DNA of 63,132 bases, the filler included. It is 6 parts of 6 records of this genome, joined end to end, with 100 filler letters (N's around TTAATTAATTAA, not from the genome) between each part and the next. Parts side by side here need not be neighbours in the genome. Positions count along the whole stretch, not along the records: positions 1 to 21,780 come from SRR20825010_6676; 5 more parts are not named here. The stretch is one strand, 5' to 3'. The translations under genes were made by a program, and so were the position numbers. The notes under the pieces were generated by a model. That model did not search any database and had not been told where the DNA came from. It saw only the letters and a list, made by a program, of their open reading frames with translations. Positions 1-10,341 of the stretch are shown one piece after another (the stretch's first letter is position 1; each line of letters begins with the position of its first letter).

Positions 1-1
1 C

Positions 2-721
2 GACGGCGGCACCCTGTTTCTGGATGAAGTGGCCGACTTGCCACTCCATATGCAGGTCAAGCTGCTGCGCGCCATTCAGGAAAAATCCGTGCGCCCAGTA
101 GGCGAAGCCAAGGAATTCCCGGTCAACCTGCGCATTCTCTGCGCGACCCACAAGAATCTGGAAGATGAAATGGAAGAGGGGCGCTTTCGCCAGGATCTCT
201 TCTACCGGCTAAATGTTATCGAAGCCCATGTGCCGCCGCTGCGCGACCGGCGCGAAGATATTCCCAAACTGGTTCAACATATTCTCAACCGGCTCAGCCA
301 GGCTTGGGACATACCTCCACCCAGCGTCAGTTCCGACGCGGTAAGCGCCATTGAAAACTACACCTTTCCCGGCAACGTCAGGGAGCTGGAAAATACGCTG
401 GAGCGGGCCCTAACCCTGTGCGACGGCAACACCATTCTGCCAGAGCACCTGCGCCTGGCATCAGGCCGCTCGACCGCGGCGACCTCCCGCCATAACGCCC
501 AGGCATCGACAACGGCACCAACAACAAGGCCTGGCGACCAGCCTCTGGAAGACTTTCTGCAAGACATTGAAAAGCAGGAAATCCTCAAGGCCCTGGACGC
601 CACCCACTGGAACCGCACCGCCGCTGCCAAAAAACTCGGCATGACCTTCCGTTCATTGCGTTACCGATTGAAAAAACTGGAGCTGGATCGCGACGAGGGC
701 GAGACAGAAGATAACGAATAA
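2..721 (+). CDS. pilR: Sigma-54-dependent response regulator PilR, 5' truncated
   Basis: GGTLFLDEV Walker B, QVKLLR, FRQDLFYRLNV, FPGNVRELEN and a Fis-type HTH (WNRTAAAKKLGMTFRSLRYRL). Lies next to the pilus cluster. Confidence 0.9.
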   Translation, partial: DGGTLFLDEVADLPLHMQVKLLRAIQEKSVRPVGEAKEFPVNLRILCATHKNLEDEMEEGRFRQDLFYRLNVIEAHVPPLRDRREDIPKLVQHILNRLSQAWDIPPPSVSSDAVSAIENYTFPGNVRELENTLERALTLCDGNTILPEHLRLASGRSTAATSRHNAQASTTAPTTRPGDQPLEDFLQDIEKQEILKALDATHWNRTAAAKKLGMTFRSLRYRLKKLELDRDEGETEDNE

Positions 722-1776
722 GGCTCAGGGTCGGTAAAGGGCAGCTCACCGGCTATCAGTTGGGCGAGCAGTTCCGCACTGGCCGGTGCTGACACCAGCC
801 CGTTGCGATAATGCCCCACCGCGGCATACACACCGCTGGTACCGGGCACCGGGCCAATGAACGGAATATCCCGCTCACAACCCGGCCGCACCCCTGCCCA
901 GTGAAAAGCCGGCGAACAGGATGCCAACTCCGGCCACAATGACGCAGCCAACCGCTCCAACTGATAACGCCCGGCAACCGTGGGATAGGTGGTATTGTCA
1001 CCTTTCCTCAGCGTTGACCCTACCAGCACAGAACCATCCTGCCGGGGAATCAAATACCCTCTCTCCGTCAACATGACCGCAGGCACCTGGCCTGGCTTCA
1101 TACGAAAAAGAAGCATCTCCCCTTTTGCAGGAAAGAGCGGCATCGCTATCCCCATCGGTAGCAAAAGCTGCGCCGCCCTATGCCCGGCACTGACAACAAC
1201 CGTATCGCCTTGCCATTCCCTGCCATCAGCGGCCAGAACCCGTGCCCCCACCCTGGTGGGCAGCACCCGGCTGACCACTGCCGATTGAAAACGAACCCCC
1301 AACCGCTGCAAATGCGCACGCAGCACTTTCAATAGACCAGGGTTACGAATATTGCCCAGCGACGGAAACAGCAGCCCCGCCCCGGCAGCAGACTCTGGCA
1401 TCTGCTCACTGGCCGACACTGACTGTACAGGGACCTGCCAGCGCCGAGCCCACTGACAGGCACGAGCCGCATCATCACCGCCCGTTTCCACCCACAGGCC
1501 TCCACAATGCAGCAGCGCCTCGCAGCCCGAAATGCCCGCAGCATCGCTCTCATCCAGTATCTGTTGATAGCGGGAAAAAGCATCCACGGACAGACGGGTC
1601 ATGGCATCGGAATAACGCCAGGCATACAACGGAGAAAGAATGCCGCCACCCGCCCAGGAAGCCGGGGGATAGTGAGTCGGGGCATCAATAATCGTCACCG
1701 CTCTTCCACGCTGTGTAAGCTCAAGCGCACCAAGAAGGCCGACAATTCCACCACCTACAACGAGTACATCTGACAT
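661..1776 (-). CDS. thiO: FAD-dependent glycine/D-amino-acid oxidase (ThiO/DadA family)
   Basis: GGGIVG dinucleotide motif, ASWAGGGIL, WAGVRP, GHYRNG. Sits between pilR and fimT, as in pseudomonads. Confidence 0.8.
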   Translation of the reverse strand: MSDVLVVGGGIVGLLGALELTQRGRAVTIIDAPTHYPPASWAGGGILSPLYAWRYSDAMTRLSVDAFSRYQQILDESDAAGISGCEALLHCGGLWVETGGDDAARACQWARRWQVPVQSVSASEQMPESAAGAGLLFPSLGNIRNPGLLKVLRAHLQRLGVRFQSAVVSRVLPTRVGARVLAADGREWQGDTVVVSAGHRAAQLLLPMGIAMPLFPAKGEMLLFRMKPGQVPAVMLTERGYLIPRQDGSVLVGSTLRKGDNTTYPTVAGRYQLERLAASLWPELASCSPAFHWAGVRPGCERDIPFIGPVPGTSGVYAAVGHYRNGLVSAPASAELLAQLIAGELPFTDPEPYSLSSVSPSSRSSSSFFNR

Positions 1777-1879
1777 GGCAATACGAGGAAACGGAAGACA
1801 CTAAGGATGGCAACGATAGCATAACCACCAGGCGTATTCTTCCGTAGGCTTCCATAGCAGTGTCACAGGAGTCACGCCG

Positions 1880-2392
1880 ATGCCCCGTTTTCGATGCCAA
1901 CAGCAGCAAGGTTTCACACTGATTGAATTGCTAGTGAGTCTCTCCGTAGCCGGTATTCTTGTTGCTTGCGCATCACATGCCTGGAACGACCTCCTGCCCC
2001 GCTACCAGGTACGCTCAGCCACAATGACACTACACAGCCTGATCCGACAGGCCCGTGCCGGTGCGATCAGCGACGGCAATCGCATGCTCTGCGACGGACA
2101 GACGGGCTGCAGCAAATTCGAGAAGACACAGAAGGTATGGATGGGATTTGATCAAAATAATGATGGGACACTGAGCGCGTCGGAAATCATTGAACACTAC
2201 CAACTCCCCGGCGCAACTCGCCTGGTCTGGAAGCGATTCAAAGGGGATGCACTCGTATTCCACAACCGAGGTAACAGCCATTTCCAGAATGGCAGCTTCT
2301 ATTTATGCAACCACGTCGCGGCAAGAAGAATTGTCATGAACTGGATTGGCCGCCCCAGAGTGGAAACAGCCAAGCCAGAAGACTGCAATTAA
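1880..2392 (+). CDS. fimT: GspH/FimT family minor pilin
   Basis: Prepilin motif QGFTLIELLV. C-terminal GSFYLC...GRPRV. Confidence 0.8.
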   Translation: MPRFRCQQQQGFTLIELLVSLSVAGILVACASHAWNDLLPRYQVRSATMTLHSLIRQARAGAISDGNRMLCDGQTGCSKFEKTQKVWMGFDQNNDGTLSASEIIEHYQLPGATRLVWKRFKGDALVFHNRGNSHFQNGSFYLCNHVAARRIVMNWIGRPRVETAKPEDCN

Positions 2393-2838
2393 TGCTCTTT
2401 CCAGGAATCGTCAGTCCCAATCGTGCAGCCAGAGACTTTCATGCATGTTTGTCCCTCACTATTGAGCTTCAGCACTTCCGTACCTGTCATTAAGCCCGTT
2501 TTCGGCGTCGTGGTAATCTCATACTGCTGGCTCCCGGTGCCTGTTACGGAAATTGCCGTAGTGAAATAGTCACTATTGGCAAGCACTGGCGACAACTCCG
2601 ATAACTTGGTGTTTGCATCTTTATAGGAAAAATTCTTGGCGCGGTAACGCTCCAGCGCTCCCGATAACGCCATCATCTCCCCCTGCGCTTCCGCCTGCCG
2701 GGTATCCTGTACATAGCGCGTATAACCGGGGTAAGCGATAGCGGCCAAAATGGCCACTATCACTACCACAATCATCAGCTCTATCAGGGTAAAGCCTTGC
2801 TGCTCCAGACGGCCTTCGTTCATCTTGAGCGAGCTCAT
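2389..2838 (-). CDS. pilE: Type IV minor pilin PilE
   Basis: GFTLIELMIVVVIVAILAAIAYPGYTRYV. ATGA overlap with pilY1. Confidence 0.9.
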   Translation of the reverse strand: MSSLKMNEGRLEQQGFTLIELMIVVVIVAILAAIAYPGYTRYVQDTRQAEAQGEMMALSGALERYRAKNFSYKDANTKLSELSPVLANSDYFTTAISVTGTGSQQYEITTTPKTGLMTGTEVLKLNSEGQTCMKVSGCTIGTDDSWKEH

Positions 2839-5753
2839 GGATGCATCCCCTCCAGCTTGAACTGGTCGGCTTCAGTTTTATCCATCTGGTACCAACGGCG
2901 CTTTCTCAAATGCTCGAACCCTTCATCATTGAGCTCTAGACACTCGGTGCCGACACAGCCCGCCCCTTCAATTGGGTCACCATTACCTCCAGTTCCACCA
3001 GGCATGTCTGTAAGCGCTGGAGGGATACCGGTCTGCTTGAGATCTACACGCGGTGGCTCATCGGCCACGCCATCATTGTTGTAATCCACCCCCTTGCCGT
3101 TGAGAAGATTAACGCGATACAAAGCAGCAGACCCGTATGTCACCGCGCAGGGGGATTCCTGCTGATCCTGCCTGGTAGGGGAATACGAAGTGGCCGCTAA
3201 AACCGAAATCGTATTTTTTTGATCATCCACTGTGGTGTACACCGTTGGAGAAGCCAAAATCTTTTCACCGTCCAACTCCATAGGATAAAACCAGCCCTTA
3301 TCCCCGGCGTCAGGCGTTTCAGAAGAGGCATTCGTCAGGTTTTCCAGCCTTACTTCCGTCGGCGCCGCCTGCGCCGCAGTCATTGCGGTATCATCCTTCA
3401 CCACGAACAGCATATCGTCCACGCTTTCATCCAGAGGATGCGAGCGATAGCCTGAGCCGGCAACAACATAGAGCTTTTTCTTTCCTTCCTCGACAACATA
3501 AACCACAGCGGGTGCATCATAAAAACGGCGATTGCCACTGGCACCCGCGCCACCCAACTGGGCCAGTCGATTCACTGACATCTTCTTGCCGCCACTCTGA
3601 TCAATATCGACCCGGAAAAGCTGCCCACCCAGATCGCCGAAATAAAGGAAATCGGCCAGCCCATCCAGATTCTTATCAACTACAGAAATGCTGCCAGGAA
3701 CAGACCATTTCATTTCGCCGCCGCTGTGAGACCAAATCAACTTTCCGGTCTCTGCATTGACGATATAGACAGCATTCCCCACAGAGTCGCCTGAGTTGCG
3801 AGCTTTCCCCTGTTTATTGTCATTGTCGTCAGCACTGTAACCGCCGCCAAAGACAAGCACTGGCACTTTGTCATCACCAACCATTATTTGTGTCAGCGTT
3901 GGTGTCGACCAAGTCTGACCAAGATCAGAGAACCCGTTAGTCTGTCCACCCTCAATCTTCCATTTGACCTTTAGGGAGTTCTTGCTGGATACATCCAGCG
4001 CATAATAAGTACGCCCGCCTCGGCGCATCCCCCCGTAGAGGTACACATGTTCAGGCTTGCCCGCCACCGGATCTGTAGCGTTCGGCTTACGCCACGCAAC
4101 CCAGCTACCGTCCAGACCATAGGTCTGACGACGATTATCATTCGTTAGAGGGAAGGTATCCGAAGTGTATTTTTCCGCCTGACTAATAAACTCTTCCGGC
4201 ATAAAAGAATAGCTTTCAGAGCCGTCATTGGTATCGATCGCATGCAACATGCCGCCATTAGTGGACACAAAAACCATGTTATTGTCTTCATCGCCACCGT
4301 AGTTAACCAGTACCGGAGCGCTATGCAGAGGATCGCCCCATTGAGTCTTCAGCTTATCGGAAACAGCCAAAACCTCATCATCATCGGCATTTTTATCAAG
4401 CCCCAAAAATTGAGCCCAACCCTCCGGATCATCTTCCACCTCGCTCCAATCTAACTTCTTAACTGATGTTCCTGTGTTGTAATAAAGATTACGGCTTACC
4501 AGCTCTCCTCGCGCACCGCCTTTCTCTACATCAACGCCATCATCTTCATCACTCCAAAAGCTGCGGGAATCCTTTTTAAAGTAGCCCGTATCAGGATCAA
4601 TAACATTAACTCCTGAAGCCCCTACAATATCACCATCTTTCAGGCGATAGCGCTTGAGATTACCTTCCCAGTTACTATTTTTGTTCGGAGTAAAAACCGC
4701 ATAATAAAGCTCATCAAGATACGCAAACCGGTTCATTTGGTTTACAGCCACACCAGGAGAAGACAGAGTACGAGAGTCCTTATCAACCAAGTCCAAAATT
4801 TCTTTAAATTCAGCCGCAAGCTCATCTGCATTATCTGCAAACCGTACTTCAGCAGAGGGATCACCAAGCCCTGCCTCAGCAACACTCTTCATATTTCTCG
4901 CTTGACTAGAGCTTTCGCTTACCCCCAACGCAACCTGCCACGTCTTAATCGATTTCCTAGCTCCTTCTACATCTTCATCATTATTATAGAGCCAACCTGC
5001 CAATTTCGCTTGGCAGTTATAACTCCCATTGCAATTACCACCAGTAATTCTAGTCACGGATGACTCATCGTTGTCGGACGTTGGATCACCATCCGTCATG
5101 ACGATAATATGATTACTCTCGCATTGATTTTTCAAGTTGGCAGGAGAGTTATACTTCGAGGCAGACACGTATTCCCATCTGTACCTTTCATATCCAGGGT
5201 ACTGACACCATTGGTAGCAAACTCTTTTTCTTTCGACATTAACGGCCAGACGAGGCTCTTCTTCTAGCGCCTCTCCTCTTTTTGCATAGTCGGATGGACT
5301 GTAGCCCAGCATGTATCTGGCTGCCTCACTATATGCCTCCATGGTAGGAGTATTAGAAGTACCCTGCAGTCCATTTACGATCTGCTTAATCTCTATTCGC
5401 GCGGAATCATCCATCTCGCTTACAGGATAAAAAACATACCCTCCGTAAGCTGAGTTATCGTAACCTCCATTAAATTTAGCAAGCCCCACATCGATATCAG
5501 AGCCAAGATTATCGATCACCGTTGAAAATGCGTCTTTCAATTCCTGCATTTTAGTTGGAGAGCCAGATCCGCCACTTCTACCTTCCATGCTCCCGGAAGT
5601 ATCAATCAGGAATAACACATTGGCTTTAGGCTTATTTTCTTCGTTATCCGCATTGGCCTTGGCAAAAAATATCTCGGTATCATCCGCATACACACCAGTC
5701 GGCGCTAACGCACAAACCAGCATCAAGCCCATTACCGTTTTTAATTTATTCAT
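2835..5753 (-). CDS. pilY1: Type IV pilus tip adhesin PilY1 (vWA + beta-propeller)
   Basis: Signal peptide then DDTEIF, MIDAS DTSGS/TPT/TDG, WEGNLKRY, GDPLHSAP, LGQTWSTP, Ca-binding DKNLDGLAD. Confidence 0.92.
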   Translation of the reverse strand: MNKLKTVMGLMLVCALAPTGVYADDTEIFFAKANADNEENKPKANVLFLIDTSGSMEGRSGGSGSPTKMQELKDAFSTVIDNLGSDIDVGLAKFNGGYDNSAYGGYVFYPVSEMDDSARIEIKQIVNGLQGTSNTPTMEAYSEAARYMLGYSPSDYAKRGEALEEEPRLAVNVERKRVCYQWCQYPGYERYRWEYVSASKYNSPANLKNQCESNHIIVMTDGDPTSDNDESSVTRITGGNCNGSYNCQAKLAGWLYNNDEDVEGARKSIKTWQVALGVSESSSQARNMKSVAEAGLGDPSAEVRFADNADELAAEFKEILDLVDKDSRTLSSPGVAVNQMNRFAYLDELYYAVFTPNKNSNWEGNLKRYRLKDGDIVGASGVNVIDPDTGYFKKDSRSFWSDEDDGVDVEKGGARGELVSRNLYYNTGTSVKKLDWSEVEDDPEGWAQFLGLDKNADDDEVLAVSDKLKTQWGDPLHSAPVLVNYGGDEDNNMVFVSTNGGMLHAIDTNDGSESYSFMPEEFISQAEKYTSDTFPLTNDNRRQTYGLDGSWVAWRKPNATDPVAGKPEHVYLYGGMRRGGRTYYALDVSSKNSLKVKWKIEGGQTNGFSDLGQTWSTPTLTQIMVGDDKVPVLVFGGGYSADDNDNKQGKARNSGDSVGNAVYIVNAETGKLIWSHSGGEMKWSVPGSISVVDKNLDGLADFLYFGDLGGQLFRVDIDQSGGKKMSVNRLAQLGGAGASGNRRFYDAPAVVYVVEEGKKKLYVVAGSGYRSHPLDESVDDMLFVVKDDTAMTAAQAAPTEVRLENLTNASSETPDAGDKGWFYPMELDGEKILASPTVYTTVDDQKNTISVLAATSYSPTRQDQQESPCAVTYGSAALYRVNLLNGKGVDYNNDGVADEPPRVDLKQTGIPPALTDMPGGTGGNGDPIEGAGCVGTECLELNDEGFEHLRKRRWYQMDKTEADQFKLEGMHP

Positions 5754-5761
5754 ATCTCCCC

Positions 5762-6301
5762 CTACTCGATTTCTGAGCCAGGCTTCAGGCCACGCTTGAG
5801 CGCTTCCTGAACATGGTGGTTATCCAGATTGAAGCTGGCCATGGAACTCTCACCCAGCATCGCTACCTTATAGTCCACATCGATCATCGAGCCCGCTGTC
5901 GTTCCAATTTCCGCCCCTTCCACAAGCTCGTAGCCATTCAGCATAGAAGAAGTCTCAGCGACAATTAGGCCTCTTGAATCAAGAGCATCGCCTTTAGCAC
6001 AAGCTCCATTCTTTGCGATATTTTTTTCGGTCACACAGCGTACGAGCAATCCTCCACTCCCCAAGCTGCTATAGAGATCCGCACCCGACATATTATTTAG
6101 TTCCTTATAAGCCCCGGCCAAACCGGTTTCCGCCGCTTCAAAGGTCATAGCGTCTGCTTGCGTCCCCGTAGCCACCTTCGCCGAGAACACACTGGATTTC
6201 ATAGCTGACACGCCAAGCAAGGACACCACCACCAGAATCAGTAACGCAACCACCAAGGCGGCCCCTCGCTGGCTTCGCCATGTCGCAATATTGGTATTCA
6301 T
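5762..6301 (-). CDS. pilX: Type IV pilus assembly protein PilX
   Basis: QRGAALVVALLILVVVSLLG (no Glu5, typical of PilX), FEAAETGL. Confidence 0.88.
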   Translation of the reverse strand: MNTNIATWRSQRGAALVVALLILVVVSLLGVSAMKSSVFSAKVATGTQADAMTFEAAETGLAGAYKELNNMSGADLYSSLGSGGLLVRCVTEKNIAKNGACAKGDALDSRGLIVAETSSMLNGYELVEGAEIGTTAGSMIDVDYKVAMLGESSMASFNLDNHHVQEALKRGLKPGSEIE

Positions 6302-7026
6302 ACGGCATCCCACTTGTAGTTACGCATTTTGACTGTAGACATAAATATACGGCGAACAGAGCGATCCTCCGGTTCGTCCACTGTCTTGGTCAGCACATAA
6401 AATTTCCGCTTTCCATCGCTTTGTGGCAGTGAATTACTTTCTTCTTTGAGCAAAAGAGAAAATCGAACGGCGATGACAGGTGAGCTACCCTGGGAGCCAG
6501 CCTCAACATAGCGACTAACATTTGCATAACCATCTTTGTTCTCATCAATACCGTAAAGCACTTCAAAAGCCTCAACACCATCCAGCAACACCACCCCATT
6601 TCCGCCTGTCAGATTACCCTGGCAGATAAGCTCGGCATCGCTATTCACAAAATACGTATTCACCACTTCTGTCAGGTCGCTCACCACCGAGCCTTCACAA
6701 TCCGACAGGCCATGGTAGCCTAAGGTGAGACGGTCATAATCGTTCCCATTTGCCGAGCCTGGCACCGTGCCCGAAGCCGCAAACCGAACCCCTTTCTCAT
6801 CAGGAAGCACAGCAAGCCCATCTCTTTCAAGGCCAGCCCTGCGTAGATCAGCCACAAGGAAACGCACGAAAAGTTGCCCATTTTCCTGAACGCGAGACAA
6901 CGTCTGCTGCAAGGCAAACGATTGCTGGTTGGCCAGGAACAACTGCAAGGCGGCGCCAGTTATCAGCAACCCGAGAAGCATTGCCACCATCAGCTCAACG
7001 AGGCTAAACCCTTTGCTTTTTCTCAT
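6298..7026 (-). CDS. pilW: Type IV minor pilin PilW
   Basis: GFSLVELMVAM, QENG, DLRRAG, VLYGID. Confidence 0.9.
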   Translation of the reverse strand: MRKSKGFSLVELMVAMLLGLLITGAALQLFLANQQSFALQQTLSRVQENGQLFVRFLVADLRRAGLERDGLAVLPDEKGVRFAASGTVPGSANGNDYDRLTLGYHGLSDCEGSVVSDLTEVVNTYFVNSDAELICQGNLTGGNGVVLLDGVEAFEVLYGIDENKDGYANVSRYVEAGSQGSSPVIAVRFSLLLKEESNSLPQSDGKRKFYVLTKTVDEPEDRSVRRIFMSTVKMRNYKWDAV

Positions 7027-7541
7027 CGCGCCACCTCCAGCACCACGCAAGAAGTCCCTTCATCCGTGTTAACGCCATCATTCGTCATGCAGTCATCTGG
7101 CGCATCATCGTTCCAGCTAATAACCACACAGCTGATCCCGGCAGCATGCTGACATTCGTCCACAGCGATCATCCCCGCAGGCAACCGATTCGCAGCCTGC
7201 CACGCCAGCATACTGATATCCCAAGAAGCGAGGTCATCAGCACTACAGGACTTGGTAATGCAATCATTCAGCTTCGCCGGCTTTTCTCCAGGAGTCGTGC
7301 TCTCATCTGGCCATTCATCAACATTGGTGTACATCGCCATTGCCGTTTCATTGGCAAGAAAGCGCTCCAGCGCATCCTGGCCCAGCAAGGTGGCCTGTGC
7401 GCGGTTGTTGGCATCTTCTGCCGCTTTCAGCGCGGTAAGCTGCATTCCCGCATAGCCAAGCACGCCGATTGCCAGTACCAGCAAGGCGATCATCACCTCG
7501 ATAAGCCCCACACCTCGCTGCTGTTTTCTTGTGATTTTCAT
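7023..7541 (-). CDS. pilV: Type IV minor pilin PilV
   Basis: GVGLIEVMIALLVLAIGVLG..GMQ, RAQAT, DLASW, LPAG. Confidence 0.9.
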   Translation of the reverse strand: MKITRKQQRGVGLIEVMIALLVLAIGVLGYAGMQLTALKAAEDANNRAQATLLGQDALERFLANETAMAMYTNVDEWPDESTTPGEKPAKLNDCITKSCSADDLASWDISMLAWQAANRLPAGMIAVDECQHAAGISCVVISWNDDAPDDCMTNDGVNTDEGTSCVVLEVAR

Positions 7542-8029
7542 CAGCTACAACTCTTCACTTCGTTAGTGATCTTGCCAAACGGCGATACCGTGATTGTTCT
7601 TCCTTCCTCTCCGCTGCGGTCATCGCATAAAGAGAATTCCGCCTCACCCGCGCTCGACAGGCCATTGCTGCGAAATTCGATTTTGCTCAGGCCGTCTTCA
7701 GAAACAATTTTTCCGCTACCGGTTGGCGAAAATTCCTGGTCTTTCTCTGTGATGACCGATACTGGATACTCGATCATCCAGCCAGCGCCCCAATCGTTAC
7801 CTGAAATCGGTTTAAGGGTCACAGAAGTGCGTAGATTGATCGCCTGAATGCGTGCCGTGTTCACCGATGTAATAAAATCAGCGGCCGTCGAGCGCAGCGC
7901 ATTCCTTTCCTGAAAGTCATTAAACGCCGGTACGGCAACCGCCAAAAGAATGCCCGCCACGGCAATACCGATCATCAATTCAATGATGGTAAACCCCGCC
8001 TGAATACGGCTTTTTGATGCTGTTTTCAT
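7541..8029 (-). CDS. fimU: Type IV minor pilin FimU
   Basis: GFTIIELMIG..VAVPAF, W.AGW, CDDR. First gene of the fimU-pilVWXY1E order. Confidence 0.82.
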   Translation of the reverse strand: MKTASKSRIQAGFTIIELMIGIAVAGILLAVAVPAFNDFQERNALRSTAADFITSVNTARIQAINLRTSVTLKPISGNDWGAGWMIEYPVSVITEKDQEFSPTGSGKIVSEDGLSKIEFRSNGLSSAGEAEFSLCDDRSGEEGRTITVSPFGKITNEVKSCS

Positions 8030-8278
8030 CCCTGCCCAGACCTATCGGTTTTTATTCGTGGTATCACTCTAGCAAGGCGGGATATGCCTTCAATTGAATG
8101 GAGACCAGCGGAGCCTTGCTGTCGCCGAACGGTATAAGCTGCTGAAAAATAATGAGTTTTGGTACTTTAGTGTGTGAGAAGGCTCACACTTTAATCGTAG
8201 ACTGGTGCAGTTTTTTGCCCAATCTAAAGACTCAGACCTTAACGCGGGAGATGAACGGTCAAACAAGCGGGACAGGCG

Positions 8279-9214
8279 CTACGGGCGTAGCGCCTTGGGC
8301 ATGGAGAAGCGGATATTTTCTTCACGGCCGGGGATTTCTTCGGCGTCTTCGCCTCCCAGGCTTTTGAGGGTGGCGATGACTTGCTGCACCAGGTCTTCAG
8401 GCGCGCTGGCGCCGGCGGTAACACCGACAGTGGTTTTCCCTTTCAGCCAGTCCGCATCAATCTGCGACGGCTCATCGATCAGGTAGGCATCGGCACCGCA
8501 GCGCTCGGCCAGCTCACGCAGACGATTGGAGTTGGAGCTGTTTACCGAACCAACCACCAGCACCAGGCCGCATTCCAGTGCCAGCTGACGCACGGCGTCC
8601 TGGCGGTTGGTCGTGGCGTAGCAGATATCTTCACGTTTGGGGCCAAGGATAGCCGGGAAGCGCTGGCGCAAGGCATCAATGACTCTGGCGGTATCGTCTA
8701 CGCTCAGGGTGGTCTGGGTCACGAAGGCCAGTTTGCTCTCGTCGCGAACCGTCAGGCTCGCCACATCGGCTTCGTCTTCCACCAGATAAATGTCACCGCC
8801 ATAGGATTTGTCGTATTGCCCCATGGTACCTTCCACCTCCGGATGGCCAGCGTGGCCAATCAGGATACTTTCGCGGCCTTCACGGGCATAACGGATAACC
8901 TCCATATGCACCTTGGTGACCAGCGGGCAGGTGGCGTCGAAGACCTTCAACTGACGCCGCTCCGCCTCTTCCTGCACCGCTCTGGAGACCCCGTGGGCAC
9001 TGAAAATGACAATGGCGTCGTCCGGCACTTCGTGCAGTTCTTCAACAAAGACCGCACCGCGCTGACGCAGGTCTTCCACCACATAGCGGTTATGCACCAC
9101 TTCGTGACGAACATGAATCGGCGGCCCGAACACTTCCAGCGCCCGGTTGACGATATCGATGGCACGATCCACCCCGGCACAAAAGCCACGGGGGTTGGCG
9201 AGACGAATTTCCAT
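8279..9214 (-). CDS. ispH: 4-hydroxy-3-methylbut-2-enyl diphosphate reductase
   Basis: [32 protein letters not shown]. Confidence 0.98.
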   Translation of the reverse strand: MEIRLANPRGFCAGVDRAIDIVNRALEVFGPPIHVRHEVVHNRYVVEDLRQRGAVFVEELHEVPDDAIVIFSAHGVSRAVQEEAERRQLKVFDATCPLVTKVHMEVIRYAREGRESILIGHAGHPEVEGTMGQYDKSYGGDIYLVEDEADVASLTVRDESKLAFVTQTTLSVDDTARVIDALRQRFPAILGPKREDICYATTNRQDAVRQLALECGLVLVVGSVNSSNSNRLRELAERCGADAYLIDEPSQIDADWLKGKTTVGVTAGASAPEDLVQQVIATLKSLGGEDAEEIPGREENIRFSMPKALRP

Positions 9215-9332
9215 AAATCAGCTGGTCGTTGACGGTTGATAATTGACAGCGGAAAACCACAAACATTCCGCGAACCGGCGCCGTGAGCGCTTACCTGAGC
9301 ACCTTCCTCTTTTCACCCTCAACTGTCCAATC

Positions 9333-9803
9333 TCAATTGAGGGTAACAGGCTGCTCAGGGGCATAACGCTCAATACCGATAATCTCCACTTCAAAAGTGA
9401 GATCCCGGCCCGCCAGTGGATGATTGAAGTCCACCATCACCCACTCATCGTCCGCCTTGCTGATTACCCCCGGCAGCTCGGCGCCCGCCGCATCGGCAAA
9501 GCTGAGCACCATGCCGGGCTCCAGGGAATCATGCTCGGCGAAGGTGTCGCGGGTGAAATGCTGCACATTCTGCTCGTTGTATTCGCCGAACGCCTTGGCG
9601 GCTTCCAGGAAGACGCTGCGGCGATCGCCGGCCTTGAGGCCGCGGATGGCATTTTCAAAACCGGGCAGCAGGGACTCATCCCCCCACACAAAAGAAGCCG
9701 GCTCACCATCAAAGGTGGAATCCAGGTCCGTGCCGTCCATCAGGCGCACAGCAAAATGCAGGGTAATCCGGGTCTCCGGGCCTGCGCGCAGTAACTCAGT
9801 CAT
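9333..9803 (-). CDS. fkpB: FKBP-type peptidyl-prolyl isomerase
   Basis: VDFNHPLAG. Conserved ileS-lspA-fkpB-ispH order. Confidence 0.93.
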   Translation of the reverse strand: MTELLRAGPETRITLHFAVRLMDGTDLDSTFDGEPASFVWGDESLLPGFENAIRGLKAGDRRSVFLEAAKAFGEYNEQNVQHFTRDTFAEHDSLEPGMVLSFADAAGAELPGVISKADDEWVMVDFNHPLAGRDLTFEVEIIGIERYAPEQPVTLN

Positions 9804-10341
9804 TATCTTTGGGCTCCTTTCTGGCTCCCAGCAGCATATCCAGCAGAATCAAGCCGGCACCGATAGTGATGGCAGTGTCAGCAATATTGAAGGCCGGAAA
9901 ATGATAATCGCCCCAATAGAAGTCGAGAAAATCCACCACATGCCCCAGCACCAACCGATCGTAGAAATTACCCAGAGCACCGGCAAGAATCAGCGACAGA
10001 GCCACTCCTTGCAGTTTCTCAGCAGCAGTAAGCCGAGTCAGCCAGATCAAAATCATCACCGATGCACCCACGGCGATAGCGGTAAAGAACCAACGCTGCC
10101 AGCCACCCGCATCGGCCAGAAAGCTGAAGGCCGCCCCACTGTTATAGGCCAGGGTCAAATTGAAATGCGGAAACACTTCCAAACGCTCATACAGGGAAAA
10201 CACCGCGACCACTTCATGCTTGGTCCACTGGTCCAACGCAATGATCAAAGCCGTCAGCCACAGCCAGCTCAGCTGACCAGGCAGCCGTTTCTTTGTACTG
10301 TCCGGCGTCTTGCGCCCGGCATCCGACGTATTATCAGGCAT
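9796..10341 (-). CDS. lspA: Lipoprotein signal peptidase II
   Basis: [30 protein letters not shown]. Confidence 0.97.
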   Translation of the reverse strand: MPDNTSDAGRKTPDSTKKRLPGQLSWLWLTALIIALDQWTKHEVVAVFSLYERLEVFPHFNLTLAYNSGAAFSFLADAGGWQRWFFTAIAVGASVMILIWLTRLTAAEKLQGVALSLILAGALGNFYDRLVLGHVVDFLDFYWGDYHFPAFNIADTAITIGAGLILLDMLLGARKEPKDND

